Shown: positions 1 through 10,610 of the stretch, in pieces
Layout of the letters: each line of letters begins with the position of its first letter
Numbering within the stretch: position 1 is the first letter of the stretch
Assembly (NCBI GenBank): GCA_004431415.1
Contig: QPMI01000584.1
Span: 1-64,000, forward strand
Reading direction: 5' to 3'
DNA: 64,000 nt
DNA from: Cyanophora paradoxa CCMP329
Taxonomy: Eukaryota > Plantae > Glaucophyta
Notes under the pieces: generated by a model
Databases searched by the model: none
What the model was told of the DNA's origin: nothing
Seen by the model: only the letters and a program-made list of their open reading frames with translations
Position numbers and translations under genes: made by a program

Positions 1-2964
1 CCTACATACTCCAGGATTGCAGAACCTGGCATCTCATTTTGTATTTTACCTGGGGTCATTCTGGAATCACCTCCAAGGTCTAATGCATAGGATATATTCT
101 CTATATCTGTTTCAAGGGTCTTAGATTCGATATATAGACAAAAGGAATCAGTATCATGGAATAGGTACTTTGGCTTTGGACCATTGGACCTCACAGTATC
201 ATAGAAGAACTTGTAGTTTGCGTTTGGCAGCATCCAAAACATAAGCCCCAATTGCAACTGGCTTATCTAGCTTCACATGTTTGTGTAAAACTCAAAGGCA
301 ACTGCTCTTTCACTTATGGGACTTGTTGATTTCACTAAAAGGGAGGCAGCATATTTATAAATAGTTTCTCAGTGTTGGCAATCTTAACTACAGATCTACC
401 TCTACATGATTCAATGCATTTTCCCATAGATGAATTATTCATGAGCTTATAGAAATCAGCCTCGAAATTTATTCACTGCTTTTCCTTCTCATATTCAGTG
501 TTCAGCTCAATGTAGGGTTTCATTACAGGAGCCACAGTAAATGATAGGACCCTGTGAACCTTTTTTAGTTTCACACCTTTGTCAGAATATACTGTAGAAG
601 AGGCTCAGAAATCACATAGTTGGTCACAGAACCAAAGGTTGCAGTTAGCTTAGGGGTCTTATCAAGCTCTTCTCCTGAGAGATCCAATAGACTTTTTGAT
701 ATTGTGATAATTCTGCATATTCTACTATTTTCTTGTTAATAATTAGGGGAAATCACTGTGATCTAGAAACAGCCTAATTGGGTAATCAAGATCAACTTCT
801 AGGAAACTGGATCTGTTATCTTGTGGGTTGAATTCGGTCTCCCATCTAAAATCACCAACTGGAATTGGCTGACTCAAACAGTAGCCATACAAGTTGTTAG
901 CATCAAACAGCATTAATGGGAGTTCTCACCATCAGCCTCAGCATACCTACAGGGCATTGTTGCAAAGCCACCCCTGATTCCCCTCTCAACAAATTCGTAT
1001 TGCTCTACATCACTTATTAGCTCTATTTTTGCCTTGGTGGTCCTAACATAGCATCCCAAGATAACCCAGGGCAGATACATAATGAACTGGTCAAGTCCAT
1101 ATACTGAGTGTGAAAGCATTCTAAAAGCCTGGAATTTGTTCATTAACTCATCTACATCAGCAGCTCCAAAATCCATGAAGTTACTTGCATCAATGAACTT
1201 GTAAAGACCCCATTGCAATGAAAGGTATTGATCAAAGTTTTCGAAAGGATTTCGATTCGCTTTTTATCACCCATGCCTGCTATTTTTCTGAAAATGAATG
1301 TCCCACAGTCATCCATTTGGTCAACAACAACTGCAACTTTGGTTTGCTTTGAGATTCTCCTATGGAGATTGCAGTTTCTGCATGCAGGAGCAATATAATG
1401 ACCTGTGTGGTGATCATGATCCCTGCATTTGAAGTTCTCTTGGTGAACCTCTCACTGCAAAGGTAACAGTGTTTGTAGCCTTGTAAATTGCTTTCTGCTC
1501 ATCTGTGAGTTCATTCATGGGAATATTGGTAACAGGAAGTCAATTAGCTCTCTTGCTTTGGATTCCAAGCATTCAAACAGACCTCCCATTGGATCCTGCC
1601 CTCAAATCGAAACTCCTGAACATCTGCCCCAGTGACTATTCTTATGTTGACTGCTGAGACTTCCTCTTGATTTGATGCATCAATGGGGATGCTTCTATGT
1701 TCAATCTTGCAGTATACCACAACAGGAAGCCCACAGTTTTCCTGAGGTTTTTCAGTCCAAACTCTATGGTGGTCTCAGGTTAGGGTGATTCCCTTTGAGA
1801 GTCTCCAATCAATGCATCTGTTTGAGTCCACATGAGCAGTGAGTTTAGCCTCAGACCTGAATCGAGATAAGCATGTATCACAGTAGTGTAACTTTTGATC
1901 CTTGGTTTTATCAAGGGCAACTCTGAGAAGTCTTGAAAGGGACATGATTGTAATATAGTGACCATTCCCTTCATCATCATGAATGAGCATGAGATTAATC
2001 TTTTGCTTTCTGCCTGGGTTGCTGGATTGATGTAGGGGATATATAACATCTCGATCCATTCCAAATATGTTTATGCTGATGCCTGCATTTTGAGATTCGA
2101 ATTTATCAATGATTTCAGCATCACAGGAACAGGGAATGGGATGTTATCGAAATTGAGAGCCAAAGGATTGTATGTGGTTGGTGAGTATTTCCATTTGCGA
2201 TATTGTGTAAGCTCACTTCTCTTGTGGGAATTCACATCTTTCCTATGGATCCATGCCAAAATGCATTTTCAAAGCAAGAATCATCAATATTTCGAATATT
2301 CACTGTGGCTCTCTTGGCTGCAATTGATTCAGGTGTTTTAACATAGCAGCCACCAGTTGGGCATAACTCATAATAGCAACTCTGAGCATTTCGATTCTCT
2401 CCAATCGATAGCTATCAACAACATTCATCTGTTCCTGACACATTTGGGCTGCTTTATTCAGCTCAGTTCGAATATTTCTCGATTTGGTTAATACAAAATA
2501 ATCACTGTAAATGTATTTCGATATCCAAACCTGTGGATTGCTGACTTTAACGAACTTGCAGATAAAAGATAAGCGAACTTTGATTGCCCTGAATTGATCT
2601 AGACTGTCTCTTAAACGTTTTGGAGAGAGGTTGCAATTCTATCTAAATATTCAATCACATCTACAACAACTTCCCTTCTGGCTCTGTATGTGAGCCAGCG
2701 ATATAATTCATTCATAGCTGTTCCATCTTCCGCCTCTGGTTCTATTTGCCTCAGGCGATCCAGTTCATCAAGAGTTTCAACTTTATCATAGAGGTTATTG
2801 GCTTTTCTGGTTAATTTTGCTAAAGTGGGTCTGCCCCTTGAAATAAATCCGATTTCCCGGTCATATTCAGCCTCTGTGATTTCATGGGCTGCATACAGTG
2901 TTCCCAGTAATCCCATGAGTTCCCATTTCTTCTCTCTAATGAGTCTGTTGCTAATTCGGGGCAT
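1..2964 (-). pseudogene. Protein-primed family B DNA polymerase, frameshifted, continues past base 1
   Basis: Fragments 2611-2964, 2071-2259, 1775-2059 and 913-1218 align in order with the intact PolB at 41416-44679 (MPRISNRLIREKK vs MPRQTNRLIKEKK; GHYITIMSLSRLL; QWGLYKFIDASNFMDF; IRGGFATMP). LFHDTDSF is readable on the minus strand near 141-165. Confidence 0.9.
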
Positions 2965-2998
2965 AGTTCCTAACTTGTTCCTACTCTCAACAAATATT

Positions 2999-3316
2999 TT
3001 ATTCTGAGATGTTCTGAACGCGATTTTCTAGTTTCTTTCGCAATTTGGCTTTGTAATGCATTGGATTATGTGATCCATTTTTTGTCCATACATTTGGGTT
3101 TTTGTGATACTGTTTAAGGGCGTTAATTAAGTTTTTCTCTGTTTGTAATCGCAAACAATCAATATCTTTGGAGGAAAGCTGTGACATTTGATACCCATCA
3201 CATTTGCTTTGGCATTTGATGATTTTGTCTATAAGAGCTGGTATATCCTTCAAATCATCTTTATCGAAATGTTTGTTCTCAATCATTGAACTCATTCTGG
3301 TAGTCCAGCTTGTCAT
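2999..3316 (-). CDS. Hypothetical protein
   Basis: 105-aa ORF between the helicase cassette and polB, with an AT-rich upstream region. No recognised motif. Confidence 0.5.
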   Translation of the reverse strand: MTSWTTRMSSMIENKHFDKDDLKDIPALIDKIIKCQSKCDGYQMSQLSSKDIDCLRLQTEKNLINALKQYHKNPNVWTKNGSHNPMHYKAKLRKKLENRVQNISE

Positions 3317-3370
3317 TGTTGTACTACTACTTATTATTATAAGAATATTATAATGTATTTGTTTTAAATC

Positions 3371-3512
3371 GTCAGGCAGACTTCGATTGTCAGGCAGCTG
3401 ATTCAGCCAACATTAAGAAACTCTGTCACTTTTTCAAGTCAGTGTTTGAGAAAACTAATGAAACCATAAACTTATAAAAGTTAAATAGAAAGGTGCCTGA
3501 CAGTGCCTGACA
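3371..3512. repeat. Iteron-like inverted-repeat cassette (TGTCAGGCA family), putative origin
   Basis: GTCAGGCA at 3371 and TGTCAGGCA at 3388, an AT-rich spacer, then TGCCTGACA at 3494 and 3504. Ends 5 bp from the helicase stop codon at 3518. Confidence 0.8.
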
Positions 3513-3517
3513 GCTTT

Positions 3518-5894
3518 TTAACAATCATCATCATCCTCATCAATAAACTCTGTTGTATTTTCCGAAATCAGTTTTACACACTTGTAACCTCTATCATATA
3601 CTTTTGAAGTTGCCTTTCTCACTGCATATTTGTCATATTTGGCTCCCAACATCTCCATTACTCTCTTAACCCTGCTTGCAGACATATTGAGTTTCAAAGC
3701 TTTTAACTCCTCATCTACAGTTTTGCTTGACAGAGAATCAGAAGGATTTCCTGTAAATTCAAATCTGCTTTTTAGTATTTGAATTTCATCACCTGCATCC
3801 TCTCTGAAAGCAGCAGTATCATTTGCCACCTTGCCACATATCTGGACTTTGTGGGATTTGTATGCTTGGAATACTGACCATTGGAAGCATGAATGATTTC
3901 AGGCGTTTAAGCAGATCACTTTTAATATCTTCAGAAGCCAATCTATAGCATGGGAGCTTCATTTCATCCATTGTTTTCTGATCCACAAACTTGTGGGGAT
4001 GCTGAAGAAAACAAGAGTCTCAAGTGTACAGATGGAGAAACAGGGGCATATCATTCATGATCATCCAGAGCCTACTTTGGAGTCTTATATTTTGCTCATT
4101 TCCATATAGGATTCGAATGCATTGAATATCACCACCAGATTCTTCTTTTTAATCATATTGCCATTTATCTTGATACTTGGATCGAAACATCAAACTTCAT
4201 CTCTTGGGTAAATGTTAAACGCGAAATTCACATGGTTTCATCCATTTAGCTTTTAGCCTCATCAGAATCTGAATGTTTGTCCATCAGGAAAGATTCTCCT
4301 CCAATAGTGTTACATAACCACTCCCCAAGTGTTCTCATTAAGATTGACATAAACTCCTTTTCCACAATTGCGCTCACCTGATGATAGTCCCATTGTTTAT
4401 CCTCTACTTTGCCTGCCATTGCTCTTGCTGTAAATTCGAGAGCAGTATTAATTGCATCTGCTCCAAACACAGGTTCAAGTATGTTTCGTAGAGGATTTTA
4501 TATGCTCTTCTGACGGCTTGACTACATATCCTCGATCATCTACAAGTAAATCTCTTTCAATTCTAGTAGTGGAATAGACGTTTTGACACTCTGCCCAAGG
4601 AGTAAGCTTTTTGGTTTCGAAATCATACACACCATTTTTATAACACAATTTTCCAAGAGATGAAGACCAAAGGACATTATTCACAAACTCACTATCATTT
4701 GGCAGAAGAGCTTTTGTAGCTTTGATTACTTTTGAGCGCCTGTTATATTTGCGGTATACTCTGTTAGACCTGTCAGACCCTCATGATAGATCTTTGCTTG
4801 AAGGCACTTCTTTAAAAGCATATTTTCCACTTGATTGGTTTCCTCAGTCCAAAGATTCTCATCTGTTTTGACAAATATACGACCATTGGATTGCTTGACA
4901 TCATTTTTGATATCTTCAGCAAACAGAGTAGCAGCCTCATAGTCTGTAGAGCAAATTCGAAAATCGTTTGCTTTCAGAGAAGCTTCATCTGGAAGCTCGA
5001 AACCCTGATCCATAGGCTTAACAACTAAGCCTAATTTGTATCCTGTGGACTGCTGGATATAGTTCTCTGCATCTTTGAGAATATCAGTAAGTTTTTCCAG
5101 TGATAGATTAGGTGACTTTTCAATCATGCAGCCATCAAATACAAGAACACCAACAGTGAGTTTGATGGAGGTTAAATACTCACACAGAGCCATAAGAGCA
5201 ATATTCTCGATCTGACAAAGAACCATGTTAACAGTGGAACCTAACACATTGTAGCCCTTCTTTCGCTTGCAAATAGCAAGGAAGTTGGTATTTTCTTTTA
5301 ATTCAGCAATAGAAGCATGAATACCACCAATTTCTTGTTTAACCTTTTTAAAAGCCATTTCTTTGTGTAAATCGGGACACTCAATGCCTCCTCCTCCGTT
5401 AATCACAGATAAGAAGGCGCACTTAATTTCTTCACGAGTAAGATCACACTTTTTGCTTAAATCACTAACGATTTTATCTCGATTGGCAACAAACTCAGCA
5501 AGGAAATCACAGTTTATGTCATTTTTTTGGCAATACTGGACGAGTATCGATGGATGAGCATTTTTCATATCAATATCATAATACAAATCCCTTGCTAAGG
5601 TGTGTCTAAATTCCCGAGGCATACTCTGCATGCTTGCTTTTTTGTTTTTGATGTGTGAGAGAGTAGTGAAATATCTCCAGTATGGTGTTTGCATTGATAG
5701 TATTTAACTTGAATGGTTCCATTTGAATGCAAGTCTTTCATGTATTTCTTCAGGAGAGTCAAAGTAGCAGTAGAATCCACATCAGGTCTATAACTCAAAC
5801 CCTCGAAATTATCGATTAAATACTTAAGAGTAGGGCGAGATACTTTTTCAACAAGAGTGATATCGAGATTGTTGGGTTTCTTTGAGCTAAACAT
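3518..5894 (-). pseudogene. TVpol (PolA-like primase-polymerase) fused to a D5-like SF3 helicase, frameshifted
   Basis: Motifs YYDIDMKNAHP, KCAFLSVINGG and VLVFDGCMI in 4726-5694. D5_N-like KNGVYDFET in 4475-4684. Walker A GERNCGKG readable in an alternate frame near 4355-4385. Winged-helix-like C-terminus in 3518-3829. Confidence 0.75.
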
Positions 5895-6031
5895 CTTTCT
5901 TGAACGTTTCTATATTAAGCAGATAAAATATTTTATCTGAAAATCCTTGTCATTTTTTGTTGCCAAACCTTTAAGTCCTTTTGGGTTGGCTTCCAGTTAT
6001 ATCGATAATTGGTAGTAGTGTATCAGTTTTT

Positions 6032-6298
6032 TTATGAATTCCCCACACAAAAATAATGAACCGGCATTTCAGTATTCCGAGGACGACCTACAGGTCGACC
6101 TTCTGGGAAATTTGGGTCAAATGTGAGTTGCTTTTTATAGTAGTAATAGGCTAATGCCCTTTTGCGGCGAATTTCACGATATTCCTCATCCTCTTCATAT
6201 CTTTTATTATAATAAATTTGGTTTGAGATCTTTTTCTTCATTGCAGAAGAGATCTTTTCAAAACTTTTGCTCTCAGTTACAGTTTGATCAGTATCCAT
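6032..6298 (-). CDS. Small basic AT-hook-like protein (paralog 1)
   Basis: RYEEDEEYREIRRKRALAYYY...GRPVGRPR; homologous to 7063-7308 and 48661-48954. Confidence 0.7.
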   Translation of the reverse strand: MDTDQTVTESKSFEKISSAMKKKISNQIYYNKRYEEDEEYREIRRKRALAYYYYKKQLTFDPNFPEGRPVGRPRNTEMPVHYFCVGNS

Positions 6299-6429
6299 TT
6301 GGGTATCTCTTAACTATAACCGAGAAAAATGTTTTGTCAGATTTCAATATGCTTGATTTCCTTAAGTAGTTTATGCGTTGTCATTTTTTGGTAACAGAGA
6401 TAATTCCTATACTGTTACCATAAATGGTT

Positions 6430-6613
6430 TGTCAGGCACTTTAAAATAGTTGTCAGGCACTAATATAGTATGTCAGGCATTGTCAGGCACCTTTTTAGAA
6501 AACTTTTCTATAATGAAAATTTCATTGTTGATCCAAACAATGACATTGAAGATTTTCAATAGTGTTTTAAAATCAATGTGTTTCCTGCCTGACAAACGTT
6601 TTACTGCCTGACA
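6430..6613. repeat. Iteron-like cassette (TGTCAGGCA family), second copy
   Basis: TGTCAGGCA at 6430, 6451, 6471 and 6481; AT-rich spacer; TGCCTGACA at 6586 and 6605. Near-identical in its first ~110 bp to the copy at 23419-23601. Confidence 0.85.
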
Positions 6614-6971
6614 ACCTTTCATCAACAAAAAATGATTGTGTAAACTGACTTAAAGATTTATCAGATATATTAATAAGAAAACAACAATGGCTGCTCAAAT
6701 CGCCAAAGGAATTCTTGCCGAAAAGATTGAGAAGATACCCTCTGGAAAGATCATAAAGGATTAGTTGATGCTATTGTAGAGAGTGGTCTCCACTCAACAG
6801 GAATAAACATTAATCAGGCTGATAATAAGCGAAACAAAGAATTTCGACAGAAAGTAGAAAGAGATGTATTGGGCATGATAATTGACCCAAACTACCTTTC
6901 CACAATTAACAAAAAAAATCATTCAAACACTGCCACAAGAAAACGACTCTTTAAGAAATTAATGAGTCGTT

Positions 6972-7082
6972 CTACTTCCTCTTAAAAAAAAGAGCCAATT
7001 CCTTTGTATATATTTTTATAGCTGCCTCAGTAGCATACTGAGACCGCTTTTTCTCAATTTTCTTATAGACCTGGGGGTCCAT
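6972..7082 (-). CDS. Conserved 36-aa micro-protein
   Basis: MDPQVYKKIEKKRSQYATEAAIK... aligns with the unlisted ORF 49005-49145 of element B (PDPDLYAILYRKRAQYALEVAIK). Confidence 0.6.
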   Translation of the reverse strand: MDPQVYKKIEKKRSQYATEAAIKIYTKELALFFKRK

Positions 7083-7308
7083 TGCTACTTTCAGTTGGCA
7101 AATAATATTTAATCGGTCTTCCTCTGGGTCTCTGCTCCTCTTTTTGGGCTTTTCTGCGATAATAGGATGCCAGGGCTTGCTGCTTCTTATACTCTCTATA
7201 TTCTGGGTCCTCTCTATATCGTTTCTGCATTGCGAGTATGTGTCTAATAGAACCCTCAGTAACAGGTTCATCACTGGTAAACTCGATTAAACTAATAGTA
7301 TCCTCCAT
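7063..7308 (-). CDS. Small basic AT-hook-like protein (paralog 2)
   Basis: RYREDPEYREYKKQQALASYYRRKA...PRGRP; closely matches 48661-48954. Confidence 0.75.
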   Translation of the reverse strand: MEDTISLIEFTSDEPVTEGSIRHILAMQKRYREDPEYREYKKQQALASYYRRKAQKEEQRPRGRPIKYYLPTESSNGPPGL

Positions 7309-7563
7309 TTATATTCCAGAGAAAACGTTTTCTGCTGGCAGAGAACTTCTCCTTGGATACTCCTGTTGCTCATATGTATACTCTGTGGGGTCTGCTGGCA
7401 TTGACTCCACAGAAACTGTAGACCTCCTTCTCTCTCTTGCTTCTGAGGCATTATCCTCATTATCTGACATCTCAAACTCCACTGTTGTCTCACAACATCC
7501 ACTGTGGCAATTGCTCACCACATGCAGACTGAACATCTCGAAGAACTTTCGTATTATGTCCAT
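7309..7563 (-). CDS. Small protein with HxxSxCxSGCC motif
   Basis: EMFSLHVVSNCHSGCCETTVEFEMSD matches EMFHLHFISHCKSGCCDTTVEFDISD in element B. Start placed at the aligned Met. Confidence 0.7.
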   Translation of the reverse strand: MDIIRKFFEMFSLHVVSNCHSGCCETTVEFEMSDNEDNASEARERRRSTVSVESMPADPTEYTYEQQEYPRRSSLPAENVFSGI

Positions 7564-7585
7564 ATCTCTAATAAAACAGAGATAA

Positions 7586-8320
7586 TTAAAGCCAAACTCG
7601 TCTTTTATATACTGTTGGGGCAACTCCCTTTTCTACTTCAGCTTTGGTGGCACCAGGTTCAATGGATCCCTTTTGGGTTTTTGTTTTCATTTCATCTACT
7701 GCCTGCTCATCGATTTGGTTCTCTTTCTTAGCAATAAACTGTTTATCTGGGACACCAGTAATACCCATTTTATAAACTTCCTTTCGAAGCATCTCCTTTA
7801 GCTTGGCTCTCTCTTTCTTCTCAGTAACATACTGCTCCAAGGCACTTGATTTGGCTTCCAGATCTTTGAGTTTAGCAGTCATCTCATCCCATTGAGCTTT
7901 GGGGATTCGATGAACATTCTGAGTGGGAGCAGTCTTGTATGTGACTTCACCAGCCATAGACTGAATAACCTTGTCTGATTCCTTACTTAGACCTTCACCT
8001 TTGCGAGCCAATGACAGATCTTGCAAGCCTAAACCTTTATCATCAGCAGCACCAATAATTCGCCTGGCACCCTCAGCAACAGACTTCATCTTTGAGGCTT
8101 CTGGTGAGATGTTGAGTTGGTCAGCAGTTGAACTTTGTGGGGCTTTGTCATCGACTGATTCCTCATAGGCAGCATTTAGGGGGTCTTCTTGGGGTTGTGA
8201 GGGTTTGATTTCGTTCATACCATTGAATTTCATTGGTTCAGTGTTAATAGATCCATTGTTTCCACCACCTGAATAGCCAACAGCCCCAGCTGGGATCCCT
8301 ATCTTTCGTTTGGGAGGCAT
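7586..8320 (-). CDS. Coiled-coil protein, possibly virion core
   Basis: 244 aa with an MPPK start and helical C-half; syntenic and weakly similar to 49721-50392. Confidence 0.7.
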   Translation of the reverse strand: MPPKRKIGIPAGAVGYSGGGNNGSINTEPMKFNGMNEIKPSQPQEDPLNAAYEESVDDKAPQSSTADQLNISPEASKMKSVAEGARRIIGAADDKGLGLQDLSLARKGEGLSKESDKVIQSMAGEVTYKTAPTQNVHRIPKAQWDEMTAKLKDLEAKSSALEQYVTEKKERAKLKEMLRKEVYKMGITGVPDKQFIAKKENQIDEQAVDEMKTKTQKGSIEPGATKAEVEKGVAPTVYKRRVWL

Positions 8321-8348
8321 TGTATCTTTATTAGAATGAGAGATAATT

Positions 8349-9130
8349 TTATAAACCGCGTTTATATCGCATCAATTTATTGCTATGGACTTGGCTTTTC
8401 ACTTCTTTGGGGGCTTCCTCTTTCTCTGGTGGTTTCAGTTCATCTTCTTTCTTTTTTGGCTTTCTGTGGAAGCGAGGAAATGGGAAGTCTTTGACAAGCT
8501 CAGCTTTATCTACAAAGTATTTAACTGAGTAGCCAGCAGAGGACCAAACGATATACTGATAGGAGTGAACATACTCTTCAAACATCTTGTAGAAATCCTC
8601 TTTATTTCGCATTATATTGTATTCTTCCTCTATGGCTTCAAGTTCTTTGCGATTAGCAGCACTTAGGAAAACAGCATAATCAGAATTAACTCGAATAGTG
8701 GAAGAGACTTTTCTGAGTTTCTGTGTAATGCAGATAATGGATATTTTCGAATGGCGACCTCTGGAATACAAGGATCCGATTATTTTATCCCTTGTGAGAT
8801 CGACTATCTCATTATCAATTAAATCATCTAAAACAACACACATGTGGTTCACAGGTTCACCTTTTTCGATTTTCTCCTGCCTTTCATCCAAAAGCTTTGA
8901 AATGTAACCAGCATCCCATTTACCAAGTTCTACTGTTGCAACCTCTCTCCAGAATGATTAAAGCTGGTCCCACTCACAACTAGGACAACATCAATAACTT
9001 TGGCATCATGTAATTGCTTTAACCAATACTTTACACATTCGCTTTTTCCCGTACAACTTTTGCCTATAAAAATGGCTCTGAAAACACCTTTTATCATTTC
9101 AGAAACATTAAACTCTTCTAAATCTTGCAT
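8349..9130 (-). CDS. A32-like (FtsK-HerA) packaging ATPase, frameshifted near 8900-8950
   Basis: Walker A GKSCTGKS (8930-9130); Walker B VVLDD and the SRGRH...ICITQ motif (8349-8891). Homolog of 50416-51339. Confidence 0.85.
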
Positions 9131-9189
9131 TGTTGTAGATCTTCCTAAATAAAGACAGATAAAAATAATGCAGGGAGACTGAATATGGT

Positions 9190-10557
9190 CTATAAATTGA
9201 TTCTACGAACACCTGAACCGTCTATAATGAGGAAACTATGCATTAAAGCGCGAACTTGAACATTGATTGTCTTATCTGTGGGCATGTAGAGTGTGAGGAA
9301 TGAAGATGAGGAATTTGTCAGGTCAACAAATCCACTTTGAGCAATATTTCGAATCGCCTTCTCTCCATCAATGCAGAAACTTAAACCTGAAAGGACATAT
9401 TTATCTGCAACCTTATCCATGTTAGAGCATTTGAATGCATCAGCAATTAGCTCAGCACCTTTGAGTAGGGAAATTGGCTCAGTGGCATAAAGTCGTTGTC
9501 CATTAATTTCAACAGTGAAAGTAATATCTTTGGAGTTGGCATAGGTCTTAAGAACACTGTGGGAGCCATTGGATTTGTCAACAGTCTCATAATCACGAAC
9601 TGAAACAAGCAGAGCATAGACAAGACCTGAGATTTGAGAGAGGTTAATTCGATTGGGCTGGGCATTGCCCTTGGCAGGGAAAGCAATGGCATCTACAAAT
9701 CCAATATCAAGGGAGGGAATAGCCATGCCAGTAGTCTTTACTTTTTCAATTACAGTAGCGAAAAGCTCATCAGAAACATTAATAGCATGCATGTAAAGGC
9801 GAGGAGAAGTAATTGAAATAGCAGGGGTTGTTGCACCAAGACTGAAAGTGGTGATGTTTTGACCAACATGGGCAAGTGTAGCATTAGCAGTATCACCAAG
9901 ACCATCATCTTCTGTCTTATCAGCAGCTGTCCCACCAACAACAGGGAGAGAGCGACCACCATAGGAAGTTTCAACATAACCCTTTCCAGCATCCTTAAAC
10001 CAAACAGTAACAACCATTTCACCAGATAAAGCACCAAGGGGAAGGTAGTGATTTAGCCAAGGCACTGGGATTTCAACGAAAAATGAGCCACCAAGTCGGT
10101 TGGTTCCATGAGCAGGGATTCCATGAACCATGCCCATTGAGCGTTTCTTTTTAGCTAGTTGATCCTCCGAATAATAGACCAGGGGGAAATGAGCAAGGAA
10201 ATCAGAAGGAATGTGGTAGGTGTAAGATCCATAGGTAATTTCAAGTCGCTGAACTAAAGCACCAACTGGGCGAGTGTATCCATTGCGAACTAGATCTTCA
10301 CCAGCAAAAGTGATTTCTGGTAGGTCGAAAGCAAGTTCGAGTTTTCCACAGAAATTGTAGCGAGGTAGCTTGAAGGAAATGCGATTTCCAACATTATTCT
10401 CAAAAGTATTGCTGGGATTCACAACAACTAGAACTGGCTTAGACTTGGATTCGAGTCCAAGCATAAGGGAGTTATCCAGGAAAAAGGCTTTCGCCTCTTC
10501 TGGGGTTGTTAGGGCTTCTTTCAGCGAAAGTCTTTGAAGAGTGGAAGTGATATCCAT
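9190..10557 (-). CDS. Major capsid protein (putative double jelly-roll)
   Basis: About 455 aa, beta-rich, located between the ATPase and pentons. Shares FxLPRYN, LSQISGLVYAL and GxVDLTxSxSSFL with 51392-52840. Confidence 0.75.
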   Translation of the reverse strand: MDITSTLQRLSLKEALTTPEEAKAFFLDNSLMLGLESKSKPVLVVVNPSNTFENNVGNRISFKLPRYNFCGKLELAFDLPEITFAGEDLVRNGYTRPVGALVQRLEITYGSYTYHIPSDFLAHFPLVYYSEDQLAKKKRSMGMVHGIPAHGTNRLGGSFFVEIPVPWLNHYLPLGALSGEMVVTVWFKDAGKGYVETSYGGRSLPVVGGTAADKTEDDGLGDTANATLAHVGQNITTFSLGATTPAISITSPRLYMHAINVSDELFATVIEKVKTTGMAIPSLDIGFVDAIAFPAKGNAQPNRINLSQISGLVYALLVSVRDYETVDKSNGSHSVLKTYANSKDITFTVEINGQRLYATEPISLLKGAELIADAFKCSNMDKVADKYVLSGLSFCIDGEKAIRNIAQSGFVDLTNSSSSFLTLYMPTDKTINVQVRALMHSFLIIDGSGVRRINL

Positions 10558-10610
10558 GATTATCTCTTTTATTATACTGCAACATAAAAAATCTACCAAT
10601 GATCCTTAAT

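Noticed and set aside
1-5894. Programmed frameshifting or true pseudogenisation of polB and helicase genes
   Set aside because: The breaks look like small indels, often near homopolymers, and are scattered through many genes of both elements. Long-read consensus error cannot be excluded without reads.
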